DNA of 64,000 nt from assembly GCA_016190245.1 (NCBI GenBank), contig JACPQY010000024.1:121620-185619 (forward strand), in the 5' to 3' direction. This DNA comes from Nitrospirota bacterium (GTDB taxonomy: Bacteria; JACPQY01). A program made the translations under genes and the position numbers. Each line of letters opens with the position of its first letter. Position 1 is the first letter of the stretch. Below are positions 45,036 through 53,577 of the stretch, piece after piece. The notes beneath the pieces were generated by a model. The model searched no databases. It saw only the letters and a program-made list of their open reading frames with translations, and was not told where the DNA came from.

Positions 45036-46184
45036 ATGACCATGCCCATGCCCAAGCGCCGCGGCCGGCAGCTCATGGACGGAGTACTCCACACCGACCC
45101 GGGCTGCTTCGTCCTGTGCGAATCGGACGCGGCGCAGGAGCTCAGGAGGCTCGTCCCCGAACCGCTGGAGCCGGGACGTAGGGTCCTCCTCATGCTGAAC
45201 CGCTATCCCGAGGGCCTCTCCCTCGGAAACTCGCGGCTTGAGGAGGTGGAACCCTACTCCGAGAGCATCATCTGCATCGAGACGGACAAGGGCTGGTACA
45301 ACTCGCACATCTGGCTGACGGACGACGTGGGCCTGATCGGCGGACGCGAGGGAATCGGGATGCCCAAGTTCCTCGCCGATCACGAGCTCCGATGGGCGGG
45401 GCGAACCTTCGAGGGCCGCGTGACCCGCCGCGGAGCGTTCCTCTTCTCGATCCGCGCCGGCGGGCTCGCGAGGACGAGCGCGCCCGCTCTCCCCTTCGGG
45501 CCGAGCGAGCGGATGGTCACGCTGCGCCAGATACCCGCCCCGGGGATGGTTGGCCTCACCTCGAAGGAACTGATGTTCACGCGGCTGACCTATCGAGTAG
45601 AGGACGTGCGTGAGTCGGAGGATGTTCGGGTTGAGCTCGGGAATGCCCCCAACACCCCTTTGAGCCGCCTTGCCCCGCTCAGGCCCCTGAAGGCATGGGT
45701 GGGCCGCAGCCACATTTTTCTCACGTTCACGCCGGAGACGATCCCGCTCGATCCCCGCATAATCCACCTCCCGCAGTATTTCCTCCCCATGGAGAAGTAC
45801 TTCGGCGCCGCAGCGGCCGATTTCCTCAACGACCGGCTGAACGCGGTCTACTCGAACGGAGGTCCGGGCCGCGCCGTCCTCCGAAGGTGGGTTCCCCGGC
45901 GCGGCGAGCGCGCGGTGGATATCCGCGTGAAAGGCATGCCGGACCTTCCCGCGATCCGCCTCACCCTCGAGCGCACGCGTTTCCAAGTGGGAAAGGCCGA
46001 TGCGAACCGCCCGGCCGACCTCGCCGTCGAGGGCTACATGCGAACCTTCTGGGACATTCTCACCGGCGACGCCCGACCGCTCACCGCATGGCTAAAGGGC
46101 GAGATCACGATCCGGCCGAGACTGGCGGTCGGCGCGCACCTCGCGGCCCTATCTATTTTCGCGCCCCAAGGAGGCCGACCATGA
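45036..46184 (+). CDS. Acetoacetate-decarboxylase-like (ADC family) domain fused to a C-terminal SCP2 sterol-carrier-like domain
   Basis: 382 aa. The N-terminal ~250 aa (..WLTDDVGLIGGREGIGMPKF...) resembles ADC-family proteins. The C-terminal ...DLAVEGYMRTFWDILTGDARPLTAWLKGEITIRPRLAVGAHLAALS resembles SCP2 lipid-binding domains. Its stop overlaps the next start as ATGA. Confidence 0.6.
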   Translation: MTMPMPKRRGRQLMDGVLHTDPGCFVLCESDAAQELRRLVPEPLEPGRRVLLMLNRYPEGLSLGNSRLEEVEPYSESIICIETDKGWYNSHIWLTDDVGLIGGREGIGMPKFLADHELRWAGRTFEGRVTRRGAFLFSIRAGGLARTSAPALPFGPSERMVTLRQIPAPGMVGLTSKELMFTRLTYRVEDVRESEDVRVELGNAPNTPLSRLAPLRPLKAWVGRSHIFLTFTPETIPLDPRIIHLPQYFLPMEKYFGAAAADFLNDRLNAVYSNGGPGRAVLRRWVPRRGERAVDIRVKGMPDLPAIRLTLERTRFQVGKADANRPADLAVEGYMRTFWDILTGDARPLTAWLKGEITIRPRLAVGAHLAALSIFAPQGGRP

Positions 46185-47443
46185 ACGCCCTTTTCAAACC
46201 CATCCGAATCGGAGCCCGTGAAGTAAAGAACCGGCTGGTCAAGACGGCCACGTTCGAGACGATGGGCACGCCGGACGGATACATTACGCAGCAATACGTG
46301 GACTGGTACGCGGCCCTCGCACGCGGCGGTGTGGGGATGATCCACACGGGCATCGTCTATCCCCAGGCCGCGGGACAGGCCTCGCCCCACGAGGTGGGGA
46401 TCGAGAAGGACGAGCGAATCGCCGGCTTCCGGCGACTCGCCGAGGCGGTCCACCAATACGACGGCCTGATCCTCGCCCAACTCCACCACCCGGGCCGCCA
46501 GTTCTTCCCCACGCCCGACCTCCCCGGTGAGGTGGTCGGCCCTTCGCCGGTAAGAAACCTCATCTCGCGCATCACTCCACGGCAGCTCACCATCGCCGAG
46601 ATCGAGGGACTCATCTCGGCCTGGGCCGCGGCGGCGCGGCGGGCCGAAGAGGCCGGGCTGGACGGCGTTCAGCTCCACATCGCCCACGGCTACCTCATTC
46701 ACGCGTTCATCTCCGGCCGGACGAACCGGAGAACGGATGTCTATGGCGGATCGCTGGACGACCGGCTCAAGCTCGTGCGAGACCTCGTGGCCGCCGTGCG
46801 CGCAAAGACGGGACCGACGTTCCTCGTCACGGTGAAAATCAACGGCGCGGATGGACTCCCCCCCGGCGGGGTCACACCGCGTATCGCTGCCGATGTCGCC
46901 GAGCGCATCTCCTCGCTTCCGATCGACGCCATCGAGGTGAGCCGGGGCACGTACGAATATCCGAGCACCGTCCGCGGAGACCTCTTCTTCCCGCTGATGC
47001 TCAGCAAGGGCCTCGGGAAGCACCTCCCCTCCTATATAAAAGCTGTCGCCTATGCCCTTGCGCCGGTGCTCGCGGTGGCCCTGCGATACCGCGAAGGCTT
47101 CAACATGGATGCGGTGCGGTTGATCCGGCCGAAGACGCGCAAACCGCTCATCGCCCTCGGGGGATTCAAGACGCCCTCCGTGATGGCGCGGATCGTTGAG
47201 AGCGGCGAGGCGGACATGATCTCCATGGGTCGCCAACTCGTCGCAGATCCCGACCTCCCGAACAAGATCCGCGACGGAGGCGAGATCAACGTATGCACGT
47301 TCTGCAACAAGTGCATCGCCCTCGTCGGGGTGAAACCGGCGCTCTGCTACAAAGACGTGGACGTGGAGACCGTGTCGCCGCCGATTTCCGGGGCGATCCG
47401 TGACCACGCGGGCGACCCGGTTCGCCTCGCTGCCGCGAGCTGA
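46181..47443 (+). CDS. Old-Yellow-Enzyme family NAD(P)H:flavin oxidoreductase (ene-reductase/2,4-dienoyl-CoA-reductase-like)
   Basis: ATG 46181 with aaggagg RBS. MNALFKPIRIGAREVKNRLVKTATFE..., HTGIVYPQAAG, GVQLHIAHGYLIHAFISGRTNRRTDVYGGSLDDRLKL are OYE TIM-barrel signatures. Confidence 0.85.
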   Translation: MNALFKPIRIGAREVKNRLVKTATFETMGTPDGYITQQYVDWYAALARGGVGMIHTGIVYPQAAGQASPHEVGIEKDERIAGFRRLAEAVHQYDGLILAQLHHPGRQFFPTPDLPGEVVGPSPVRNLISRITPRQLTIAEIEGLISAWAAAARRAEEAGLDGVQLHIAHGYLIHAFISGRTNRRTDVYGGSLDDRLKLVRDLVAAVRAKTGPTFLVTVKINGADGLPPGGVTPRIAADVAERISSLPIDAIEVSRGTYEYPSTVRGDLFFPLMLSKGLGKHLPSYIKAVAYALAPVLAVALRYREGFNMDAVRLIRPKTRKPLIALGGFKTPSVMARIVESGEADMISMGRQLVADPDLPNKIRDGGEINVCTFCNKCIALVGVKPALCYKDVDVETVSPPISGAIRDHAGDPVRLAAAS

Positions 47444-47467
47444 GATGAACATCTCAATCCCCGTCGA

Positions 47468-48490
47468 ATGAAAGCGCTCGTCACGGGCGGAGCGGGTTTC
47501 GTCGGCTCGCACGTCGTCAAGACCCTGCTCGCCAAAGGCATCGAGACGCGGGTCCTCCAACTGCCAAAAGAGGACACACGCAATCTGAAGGGCCTGGAGT
47601 ACGAGCCGATCGTCGGCGACCTCACGGATCCCTCCTGCCTCGAAAAGGCCGTGAAGGGATGCGATTGGGTTTTCCACGTCGCCGCCATCTATGCTCTGTG
47701 GCTCCCGAAACCCGAGCGGATGCGGCAGGTGAACGTAGAAGGCACGCGCAACATCCTCCGCGCAGCCGAGAAGGCCGGCGTGAAGAAGGTGGTGCACACC
47801 AGCACGATCGCGGCCTTCAGCGGGCAGGGTGTGAACCAGGATGTGACCGAAAAGAGTCCCTTCAGCCTTCAGCACACGGGCGATCTCTACTGCATCACAA
47901 AGTACGAGGCTCACAAGGTGGCGGAGGAATTCGCGGCGCGCGGCCTGGATGTCTCCATCGCTGCGCCGTGCGGCCCGATCGGCCCGGGAGACGTGGCGCC
48001 GACACCCACGGGCCGGTTCTTCCTCGCCACGGTGAACATGCCCATCACATTCATGATCGACATGCAGGCCAACCTCGTGGATGTGAGGGACGTCGCGGCG
48101 GGCCATATCCTCGCGGCGGAAAAAGGACGCCGGGGCGAGAGCTACCTCCTCGGGAACGGGAACTACGCCTATCGCGAGATCGCCGATCTGGTGATGCGCA
48201 TCACGGGCGTGCGCAAAACTGTCGTTACCCTCCCCAACTCCGCCGCCGCGGCGGCCGCCCGGGTGGCGCTCTTCCTGGCGGACCACGTGACGCACCGACC
48301 GCCGCTCCTCACGCCGGCCACTGTGGCGATCCGTCGCTACGGTCTGCGGGCGGACTGCACGAAGGCGTTTACCGAACTCGGGCTCCCGCGAACGCCCTTG
48401 GAAACGTCAGTTCGGGACGCCCTGATCTGGTTTGCCCGGAACGGCTACATCAAGAACGAAAAAGTCCTCCGGAACCTTCCCCGGTCCTGA
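47468..48490 (+). CDS. NAD-dependent epimerase/dehydratase (extended SDR; dihydroflavonol-reductase/HpnA-like)
   Basis: MKALVTGGAGFVGSHVVKTLL Rossmann motif and catalytic YxxxK in ...LYCITKYEAHKV; 340 aa. Confidence 0.85.
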   Translation: MKALVTGGAGFVGSHVVKTLLAKGIETRVLQLPKEDTRNLKGLEYEPIVGDLTDPSCLEKAVKGCDWVFHVAAIYALWLPKPERMRQVNVEGTRNILRAAEKAGVKKVVHTSTIAAFSGQGVNQDVTEKSPFSLQHTGDLYCITKYEAHKVAEEFAARGLDVSIAAPCGPIGPGDVAPTPTGRFFLATVNMPITFMIDMQANLVDVRDVAAGHILAAEKGRRGESYLLGNGNYAYREIADLVMRITGVRKTVVTLPNSAAAAAARVALFLADHVTHRPPLLTPATVAIRRYGLRADCTKAFTELGLPRTPLETSVRDALIWFARNGYIKNEKVLRNLPRS

Positions 48491-48550
48491 CCAGCCAGTG
48501 CCAACCCGGCTCGCACCGGCCGGGCTCGACGTGTGGGGCACCCCGCCACC

Positions 48551-48715
48551 TCAGGGCACACTCATACTCGGGTGGGAGCGGGCCAGCTTGCCCGAACTTA
48601 GCAGCGGAGTCGAAGCCTTGCTGGACAGCATTTGGGCCGTCACGAGGAGGACGAACCCCACCATGCTTGCCGCCACGATCCAGAGACCCATGCCTACGTA
48701 CCCGTTCTTTCTCAT
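48551..48715 (-). CDS. Hypothetical small single-TM protein (~54 aa)
   Basis: ATG at 48715 with aaggggg RBS 8-9 nt upstream. MRKNGYVGMGLWIVAASMVGFVLLVTAQMLSSK... with one hydrophobic helix. Speculative. Confidence 0.3.
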   Translation of the reverse strand: MRKNGYVGMGLWIVAASMVGFVLLVTAQMLSSKASTPLLSSGKLARSHPSMSVP

Positions 48716-48994
48716 GGGAACAAGACCCCCTTTCCGGGTCGTTCCCGCCACTCATTCTGGCCAAGGCGTGGTGTCACAATACATCAAGATTCGACGTCTG
48801 AAAAGCTGGTTTTCTTCCGAGCAAGGCACAAACGTCATTGGTCGCCCCCCGGGGGACAGGCCAACGCCGCTTGCCAGAACAAATAGCGGGAAATCAGTAT
48901 GTCAGCGGTGGGCTCAGGTGCGGCCTGCCCCGCCGCCCACCACTCCGCGATCCAAGACCGAGGGTCGAGAGAAGCTCCGAGCCTCCCTACCGAC

Positions 48995-50191
48995 TCAGTA
49001 CGACCTCGGCATCCCGAGCACGTGCTCGCTGATGTAGTTGAGAATCATCTCCTTCGAGATGGGAGCCGTGCGCAAGAGCCGCGTGCCCTCCCAGTAGTAG
49101 ATCAGGCCGTACTCCTCGGAGAAGCCGTAGCCGCCGTGCGTCTGGATGGCACGGTCCACCGACTTGATGGCCACCTCGGCCGCCTGGTACTTCGCCATGT
49201 TGGCCCACGTGCCGACCTGTGCCGGGTCAAAACCCTTGTCGAATGCCCAAGCCGCCTTGTACATGAGCAGCCGCGCGCCTTCCAACTCGATCTTGCATTC
49301 CGCCAGCGGATGTTGAAGCCCCTGATACACGCCGATGGGCTGGTCGCGGAAGACCTTTCGCTGGCTGGCGTACTCCACGGCCTTCCCGATCACGTAGTCG
49401 GACATCCCCACGGCCGTGGCCGCGGCAAGAATCCGCTCGGGGTTGAGCGTGTTGAACAGGGCCATCGAGCCCATGTTCTCCTGCCCGATGAGGTTCTCCG
49501 CGGGCACTTTCACATCATCGAAGAAGATCGTGAACTGCCTCATGCCCTCGATGCCGTGTGTCGGGATCACCTGAAGCTCGATGCCCTTGCTCTTGCAGTC
49601 CACCATGAAGAGCGAGAGGCCGAACGCCTTGGGCAGACCCTGCTTGGCGAGCTCGTCCACCGTGGTCGTGCGCGCCACGACGAGCATGTAGTCGGCCGCG
49701 TCCACGCCGGTGATGAAGGTCTTCTGGCCCGAGAGACTGTACGCCGAGCCGTTCTTCCGCGCGACGGTCTTGAGGCGGAACGTATTGCTGCCCGCGTCCG
49801 GCTCGGTGAGGGCAAAGGCGAACTTGAGCTTGCCCTGGGCCACGCCGGGAAGGAACCGCCGCTTCATCTCCTCGCTGCCGTTGCGGAGGATGCAGAGCGA
49901 GTCCATCGTTGTGAGGATCGTGAGTGCCGTTCCGAAACCGTGGCTGCCCATCGTCTCGGAGGCAACCACCATGGCCGTGAGACCCAGTCCCGTGCCGCCG
50001 TACTCCGCTGGGATCAGGCTGCCCATGATGCCGGCCTCCGCAAGGGCATCCCAAAGCTCCTGGGGAAATTTCTTCTCCTTCAGGACCATCTTGCGGAACT
50101 CCTCGCGGCGCGGGGCGAACCGCTTGATCATGTCGTCGACGGTCTTCTGGATCATCTTGTGTTCTTCGCTGAGCTCGAAATCCATCGCCAT
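48995..50191 (-). CDS. Acyl-CoA dehydrogenase
   Basis: 398 aa: MAMDFELSEEHKMIQKTV..., ...FALTEPDAGSN..., ...QTHGGYGFSEEYGLIYYWEGTRLLRTAPISKEM.... Canonical ACAD fold signatures. Confidence 0.9.
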   Translation of the reverse strand: MAMDFELSEEHKMIQKTVDDMIKRFAPRREEFRKMVLKEKKFPQELWDALAEAGIMGSLIPAEYGGTGLGLTAMVVASETMGSHGFGTALTILTTMDSLCILRNGSEEMKRRFLPGVAQGKLKFAFALTEPDAGSNTFRLKTVARKNGSAYSLSGQKTFITGVDAADYMLVVARTTTVDELAKQGLPKAFGLSLFMVDCKSKGIELQVIPTHGIEGMRQFTIFFDDVKVPAENLIGQENMGSMALFNTLNPERILAAATAVGMSDYVIGKAVEYASQRKVFRDQPIGVYQGLQHPLAECKIELEGARLLMYKAAWAFDKGFDPAQVGTWANMAKYQAAEVAIKSVDRAIQTHGGYGFSEEYGLIYYWEGTRLLRTAPISKEMILNYISEHVLGMPRSY

Positions 50192-50316
50192 GGTAATTCC
50201 TCCTTAGGTGGTCCCCTTGTGGACCCCGGTTTCCTCCCATAACCCAGATTCGCGCGGGCGTCCACCGAGTTCGGCACTCGCTCGGGCCGAGCACGCCCCT
50301 CTACGAGACCCGCCCT

Positions 50317-50946
50317 CTACAACCACCCCCACGAAGCGAAAACGGCAAGGCAGACCGCGTCGAACGCGTACAGGAAGCCCACCGTCGTCGCCTTTCGGCG
50401 CACCGTCGGCATGTCATGCACCCAAGAGGCCGTGAGAAACATCGGGAGGTAGCCGAAAAGGAAGATCAGCCACGGCGACCGGGCCGACCACCACGGGTAG
50501 TCCCACGCCAAGGCCCCGATCGAGTTGAGGGCGATCTCAACAAGCACGCAGATCACGCTGAACCCGCACGCGATCACGAGGCGGTTGGGCAGCCCGGCCA
50601 GCTTCATCGCCCTGTCGCGGGGCAGCACCTGGGCGACAGCCACACCCATGACGAGGAACATCAGACAGATCTCGATGTTGAGGCCGATCACAATCAGATA
50701 GGCCGTTCCCGCCGGCGCGCCCCAGATCGGCGCGTACTGCGTGAAGTGGAACACGAGCCCGTTGACGATTTCGTTGAACCAGTCCACCCCCCACAGGGCC
50801 AGCCCCGCGAACACGATGTCCCAGTTTTTCCGCCCGATCTCGACGTGATAGATGTAGATCGCGATCACGAGGATCGGGATAACATGCCACTGGAAATGCG
50901 ACCCATCCCTCAGGATGGACATCGCTTGGGCGGCCGAGGGTGTCAT
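50317..50946 (-). CDS. Hypothetical integral membrane protein (6 TM)
   Basis: 209 aa, W-rich TM helices, no recognised family. An upstream (5-prime) region carries palindrome site 1. Confidence 0.55.
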   Translation of the reverse strand: MTPSAAQAMSILRDGSHFQWHVIPILVIAIYIYHVEIGRKNWDIVFAGLALWGVDWFNEIVNGLVFHFTQYAPIWGAPAGTAYLIVIGLNIEICLMFLVMGVAVAQVLPRDRAMKLAGLPNRLVIACGFSVICVLVEIALNSIGALAWDYPWWSARSPWLIFLFGYLPMFLTASWVHDMPTVRRKATTVGFLYAFDAVCLAVFASWGWL

Positions 50947-51050
50947 CTCGCGCCCCGCACCCTACCCCGCGCCGCGGCCACGGTCAACGCGAGGAACATG
51001 TCCGCGCGTCCCGCTCCACCATCGAGCGCGCCCCCAGCGGTCGCTTCACT

Positions 51051-51082
51051 ACTGTACACTGACCGGCCGTCTTATGTACAGT
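51051..51082. promoter_or_regulatory. Composite palindrome site 1: ACTGTACA-ct-GACCGGCCGTC-tta-TGTACAGT
   Basis: Perfect 8-bp inverted arms plus a palindromic GC-rich centre. It lies between the regulator stop (51116) and the membrane-protein gene start (50946). Confidence 0.6.
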
Positions 51083-51115
51083 AAAGATCGCCGGCCTGCA
51101 CACCTGCCGGGCCCA

Positions 51116-51766
51116 TCAAGGCGGGAGGAGGATCATCTCCCCCCAGCAGCAATAGGGCATCACGCCCAAGTCCTCCATGCGTTCGAGCGTCGGCCGCAGC
51201 CGGGCGGGAGGGCCGACGTAGTAGCTGCCGTTGAGCTGAATGAAACCGAACCCGAGAAGACACCTCCGCGCCCGTGCCCGATCCTTCCGCAAGCGTTCGG
51301 GGATGTCATACGAGATGAACGCAGCCCGCCGCTTGCCCAGACCGACCGATCGCGCGAGCATCCGTCGGAGCCCGTGGAAGCGGTCCTGGCGGCTCATCTT
51401 CCTGGCGGCCTTCTCGACTTCGGCCAACCGCCTCCCCGTGACCCCTTGCCCTCCGGCGCCGGTGGAATCCGAAGCCCGTTCCCACTCCGGAAGGCTTCGT
51501 GCCCCCTTGGGCGTCAGCGCAATCCGTTTCTGTCTACGCAGTCCCTGCATCCTGACCAGCCCGGCTGCGGCCAGGCGGTAGAGGTAGCGGTACGTATGCG
51601 CGGACCTGCGGCTCGGATTCTGATCCACAAACACGAACTGTTCTCGTAGGCTCAAGACACGCACCAGTTCGTTGACGAGGATGGGCGCGGCCACGTCCTG
51701 GGCGAGGACCCGGAGGATGGCGAGATTCAACCGGCTGCGGACTCGGCGGCGTTCCCCGGGCGTCAT
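51116..51766 (-). CDS. PaaX-like transcriptional regulator: N-terminal winged HTH plus Cas2-like middle domain (no PaaX C-terminal domain)
   Basis: 216 aa. wHTH region LNLAILRVLAQDVAAPILVNELVRVL...YRYLYRLAAAGLVRM. The C-terminal RRAAFISYDIPERLRKDRARARRCLLGFGFIQLNGSYYVG follows the Cas2-fold pattern (..YDV....RR.K.AK.L.DYG.RVQ.SV..) that also forms the middle domain of PaaX-family repressors. Confidence 0.55.
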   Translation of the reverse strand: MTPGERRRVRSRLNLAILRVLAQDVAAPILVNELVRVLSLREQFVFVDQNPSRRSAHTYRYLYRLAAAGLVRMQGLRRQKRIALTPKGARSLPEWERASDSTGAGGQGVTGRRLAEVEKAARKMSRQDRFHGLRRMLARSVGLGKRRAAFISYDIPERLRKDRARARRCLLGFGFIQLNGSYYVGPPARLRPTLERMEDLGVMPYCCWGEMILLPP

Positions 51767-51773
51767 GCCGGAT

Positions 51774-51805
51774 ACTGTACACTAGACGGCCGTCCAATGT
51801 ACAGC
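51774..51805. promoter_or_regulatory. Composite palindrome site 2: ACTGTACA-cta-GACGGCCGTC-caa-TGTACAGC, 8 bp upstream of the regulator start codon
   Basis: Same architecture as sites 1 and 3. It overlaps the expected promoter/RBS region of the minus-strand regulator gene, suggesting autoregulation. Confidence 0.6.
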
Positions 51806-51974
51806 AAGACCCCCGCCATGGGTGACCCAATCGAGAGGCGGCGTTCCCCACCACCCTGCCGGTCCAGACCGCTGCGAGACCGTGGGCAAATCCCTCCCAG
51901 ACGACATCATCCCGCGCCGGCGGCGGGACGTCGGCTGAGCCTCGCGAGCCGCGCACCTGACTCGTGGTGCGTAT

Positions 51975-52006
51975 ACTGTACATAAGACGGCCGTTCACTG
52001 TACAGT
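51975..52006. promoter_or_regulatory. Composite palindrome site 3: ACTGTACA-taa-GACGGCCGTT-cac-TGTACAGT, ~125 bp upstream of the + strand gene 52132..52566
   Basis: Third copy of the 32-bp composite palindrome within 1 kb. Confidence 0.6.
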
Positions 52007-52131
52007 AGAAACGGAGGCCGTCGCGGACCGCCGCGCCTCCCGATACGTGGCTGTGCCGTCGCCGACGGGGCGGCGGTGGGTCGCAAGCCCCAAGCCTGAT
52101 CCCCAAGGACCGTTGACGCTGGGCGCACCGC

Positions 52132-52566
52132 GTGCGCCCAGCGTCAACGATGAAGACAACCATGCCCACTGACGGCTTCGCTGAGGCCGTCCGCTATTAC
52201 AGAAACGCCCGTGAGTTGCTCGGTCGGTGCAAGGTGGAGGACAACCGCTACGAATACATGAAACCGGTCAGGGAGTCCTTCGGCACGGCTTGGCTCGCCT
52301 TCGATCACGCCGCCAAGGTCGCACTGATCCAGAGTGGAGTTGATCCGAAGAAGATGCCCAGAACGTGGGATGCGCTCCTGGCGGAGGTCAGGAAGCGCCT
52401 CGACGCGCACAACGGCAAGCTCGTCCGGCTCCTGAGCGACGCCTACCAAGTCGTCCACATCGCAGGCTACTACCACGGGGAATTCCGCTTCGCCCCCTTG
52501 GCCAAGGACGGTCTGCAGGTGGTCCGTCAAGGCATCGGAAAACTCTCCGGCCGACGGATCGGTTGA
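52132..52566 (+). CDS. Hypothetical helical protein (144 aa)
   Basis: Coding-like ORF (YYRNARELLGRCKVEDNRYEYMKPVRESFGTAWLAFDHAAKVALI...). No confident family assignment. Confidence 0.45.
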   Translation: MRPASTMKTTMPTDGFAEAVRYYRNARELLGRCKVEDNRYEYMKPVRESFGTAWLAFDHAAKVALIQSGVDPKKMPRTWDALLAEVRKRLDAHNGKLVRLLSDAYQVVHIAGYYHGEFRFAPLAKDGLQVVRQGIGKLSGRRIG

Positions 52567-52587
52567 AAGTCGCAGGTCTGTCAGCGC

Positions 52588-53404
52588 GCCATCTCGGGAT
52601 CGAACTCCTCGGCTCGCGAGAGCAGACTTTCGACCTCCTCCGCAAGATCAACCAGCCAAGACCACCGAGCCGCGATGATATCCTGGGCATGGGCGAGTTC
52701 GTTGCGAAGATCCTCCAGTTCCTCCAAGAGCACTTCTCAATCGCTCTTCGACGGAAGGCCAAGCGCCGACACAAGCTGCGGGGTCTCCAGTACTATCGTC
52801 CTCTTGTCCGCAAACTGCAGGCAATCGGCCAAGTAAGCCGCTTCGTTTCTTCTCTGCCGGTGCTCGAAGATGGCCCGCTTCCAGTCCCGTGAACAACAAC
52901 GGCGTCTGACACGGCGCTTCGGGCGCCCCATCCAGCGAACACTGAAACACAACCGCCTCGCTCGCGCAGAGGACGAAGCTCGCGGCGGTCTCTTTCGTAT
53001 TCCACTGTGTCCGTGGCCGGCGTCGTCTGGCCGGGCTCGCACGAAGGCAACCGGCTGAGCGTCGCTTCCCCTTCCACAAACCCGATCCCCGCCACGTGCG
53101 GCGTGAGATCGATCCAGTTGATGACCACCGCCACCACCAGCCCTTGCTTGTTCAGCTCCTCAACGAGCATCGAGGCGAACTTCTCCACCGCGGCCTTCAC
53201 CTGCTCCTCGGAAGGCTTCGTGGCCTTGTCCAACGCCGCCTCCTCCCCCATCGTGACCGCCTCAAGCAACGTGGAGATGCCGTCCCCGTCCACATCCGAC
53301 AGTTCCGCCTCGCCCGCGGCGATGTCTCGCTCCTCCACCTCCATGGCGCCTGGCTGATCGCTGACCGCCGACGGCTGAATGCTCATCTTCAGTGCCGTCC
53401 GCAC
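52588..53404 (-). pseudogene. Fragmented paralogue of the giant surface-protein family (DxDGDG motif and CxxC-x-LDG Ig-like domain) with at least two frameshifts and an in-frame TGA
   Basis: Frame A (53404 to ~53045): ...AELSDVDGDGISTLLEAV...EEQVKAAVEKFASMLVEEL, compare PDSDGDGVSDLIEVV...EAQIKEIFRTLGQELV in 25463..29491. Frame C (~52990-52880): EAVVFQCSLDGAPEAPCQTPLLFTGLEAGH, compare AYRCALDGAEPEPCPATLAL/AFQCSLDGGPFKAC. Frame B (~52883-52740) ends ...GLPSKSD, then TGA, then EVLLEELEDLRNELAHAQDIIAARW... in the same frame. Confidence 0.5.
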
Positions 53405-53577
53405 CCGGAGAAGATCAGCCCCGGTGGCATCCTTGGGCCGTACCCGTACGGCAAGACCGTTCTCCCCCTCCCGGGCCAGTCTCTTGGGAAGCCTTCAGGC
53501 CGCGGAGGTCACGCATCCTGAAGGGTCCGGCTACCGCTCAATACTCAAGACAGACCCGACTCGCTGCTTCACCCGCC

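Noticed and set aside
46034-48295. 753-aa ORF on the minus strand, the longest minus-strand ORF in the OYE/SDR region
   Set aside because: It is antisense to two well-supported genes (OYE oxidoreductase and SDR epimerase). The translation is extremely R/G/H/D-rich with no domain-like segments, a typical high-GC antisense artefact.
51116-51766. Cas2-like sequence signature, considered as a possible stand-alone CRISPR adaptation gene
   Set aside because: No CRISPR repeat array and no cas1 or other cas genes anywhere in the window. The Cas2-like segment is fused to a winged-helix DNA-binding domain, as in the middle domain of PaaX-family repressors, so a regulator is the better explanation.
51051-52006. 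TACTGTACA...TGTACAGTA palindromes considered as LexA SOS boxes
   Set aside because: E. coli-type SOS boxes are CTGT-N8-ACAG (16 bp between the outer CTG and CAG). Here the arms are separated by 16-17 bp with a GC-rich palindromic centre. There is no lexA or DNA-repair gene nearby, and an adjacent autoregulated wHTH regulator explains them more simply.
52737-52739. In-frame TGA within the minus-strand pseudogene considered as a selenocysteine codon
   Set aside because: No SECIS-like hairpin is obvious downstream, no selenoprotein-family context, and the surrounding gene is already broken by frameshifts. An ordinary stop is more plausible.
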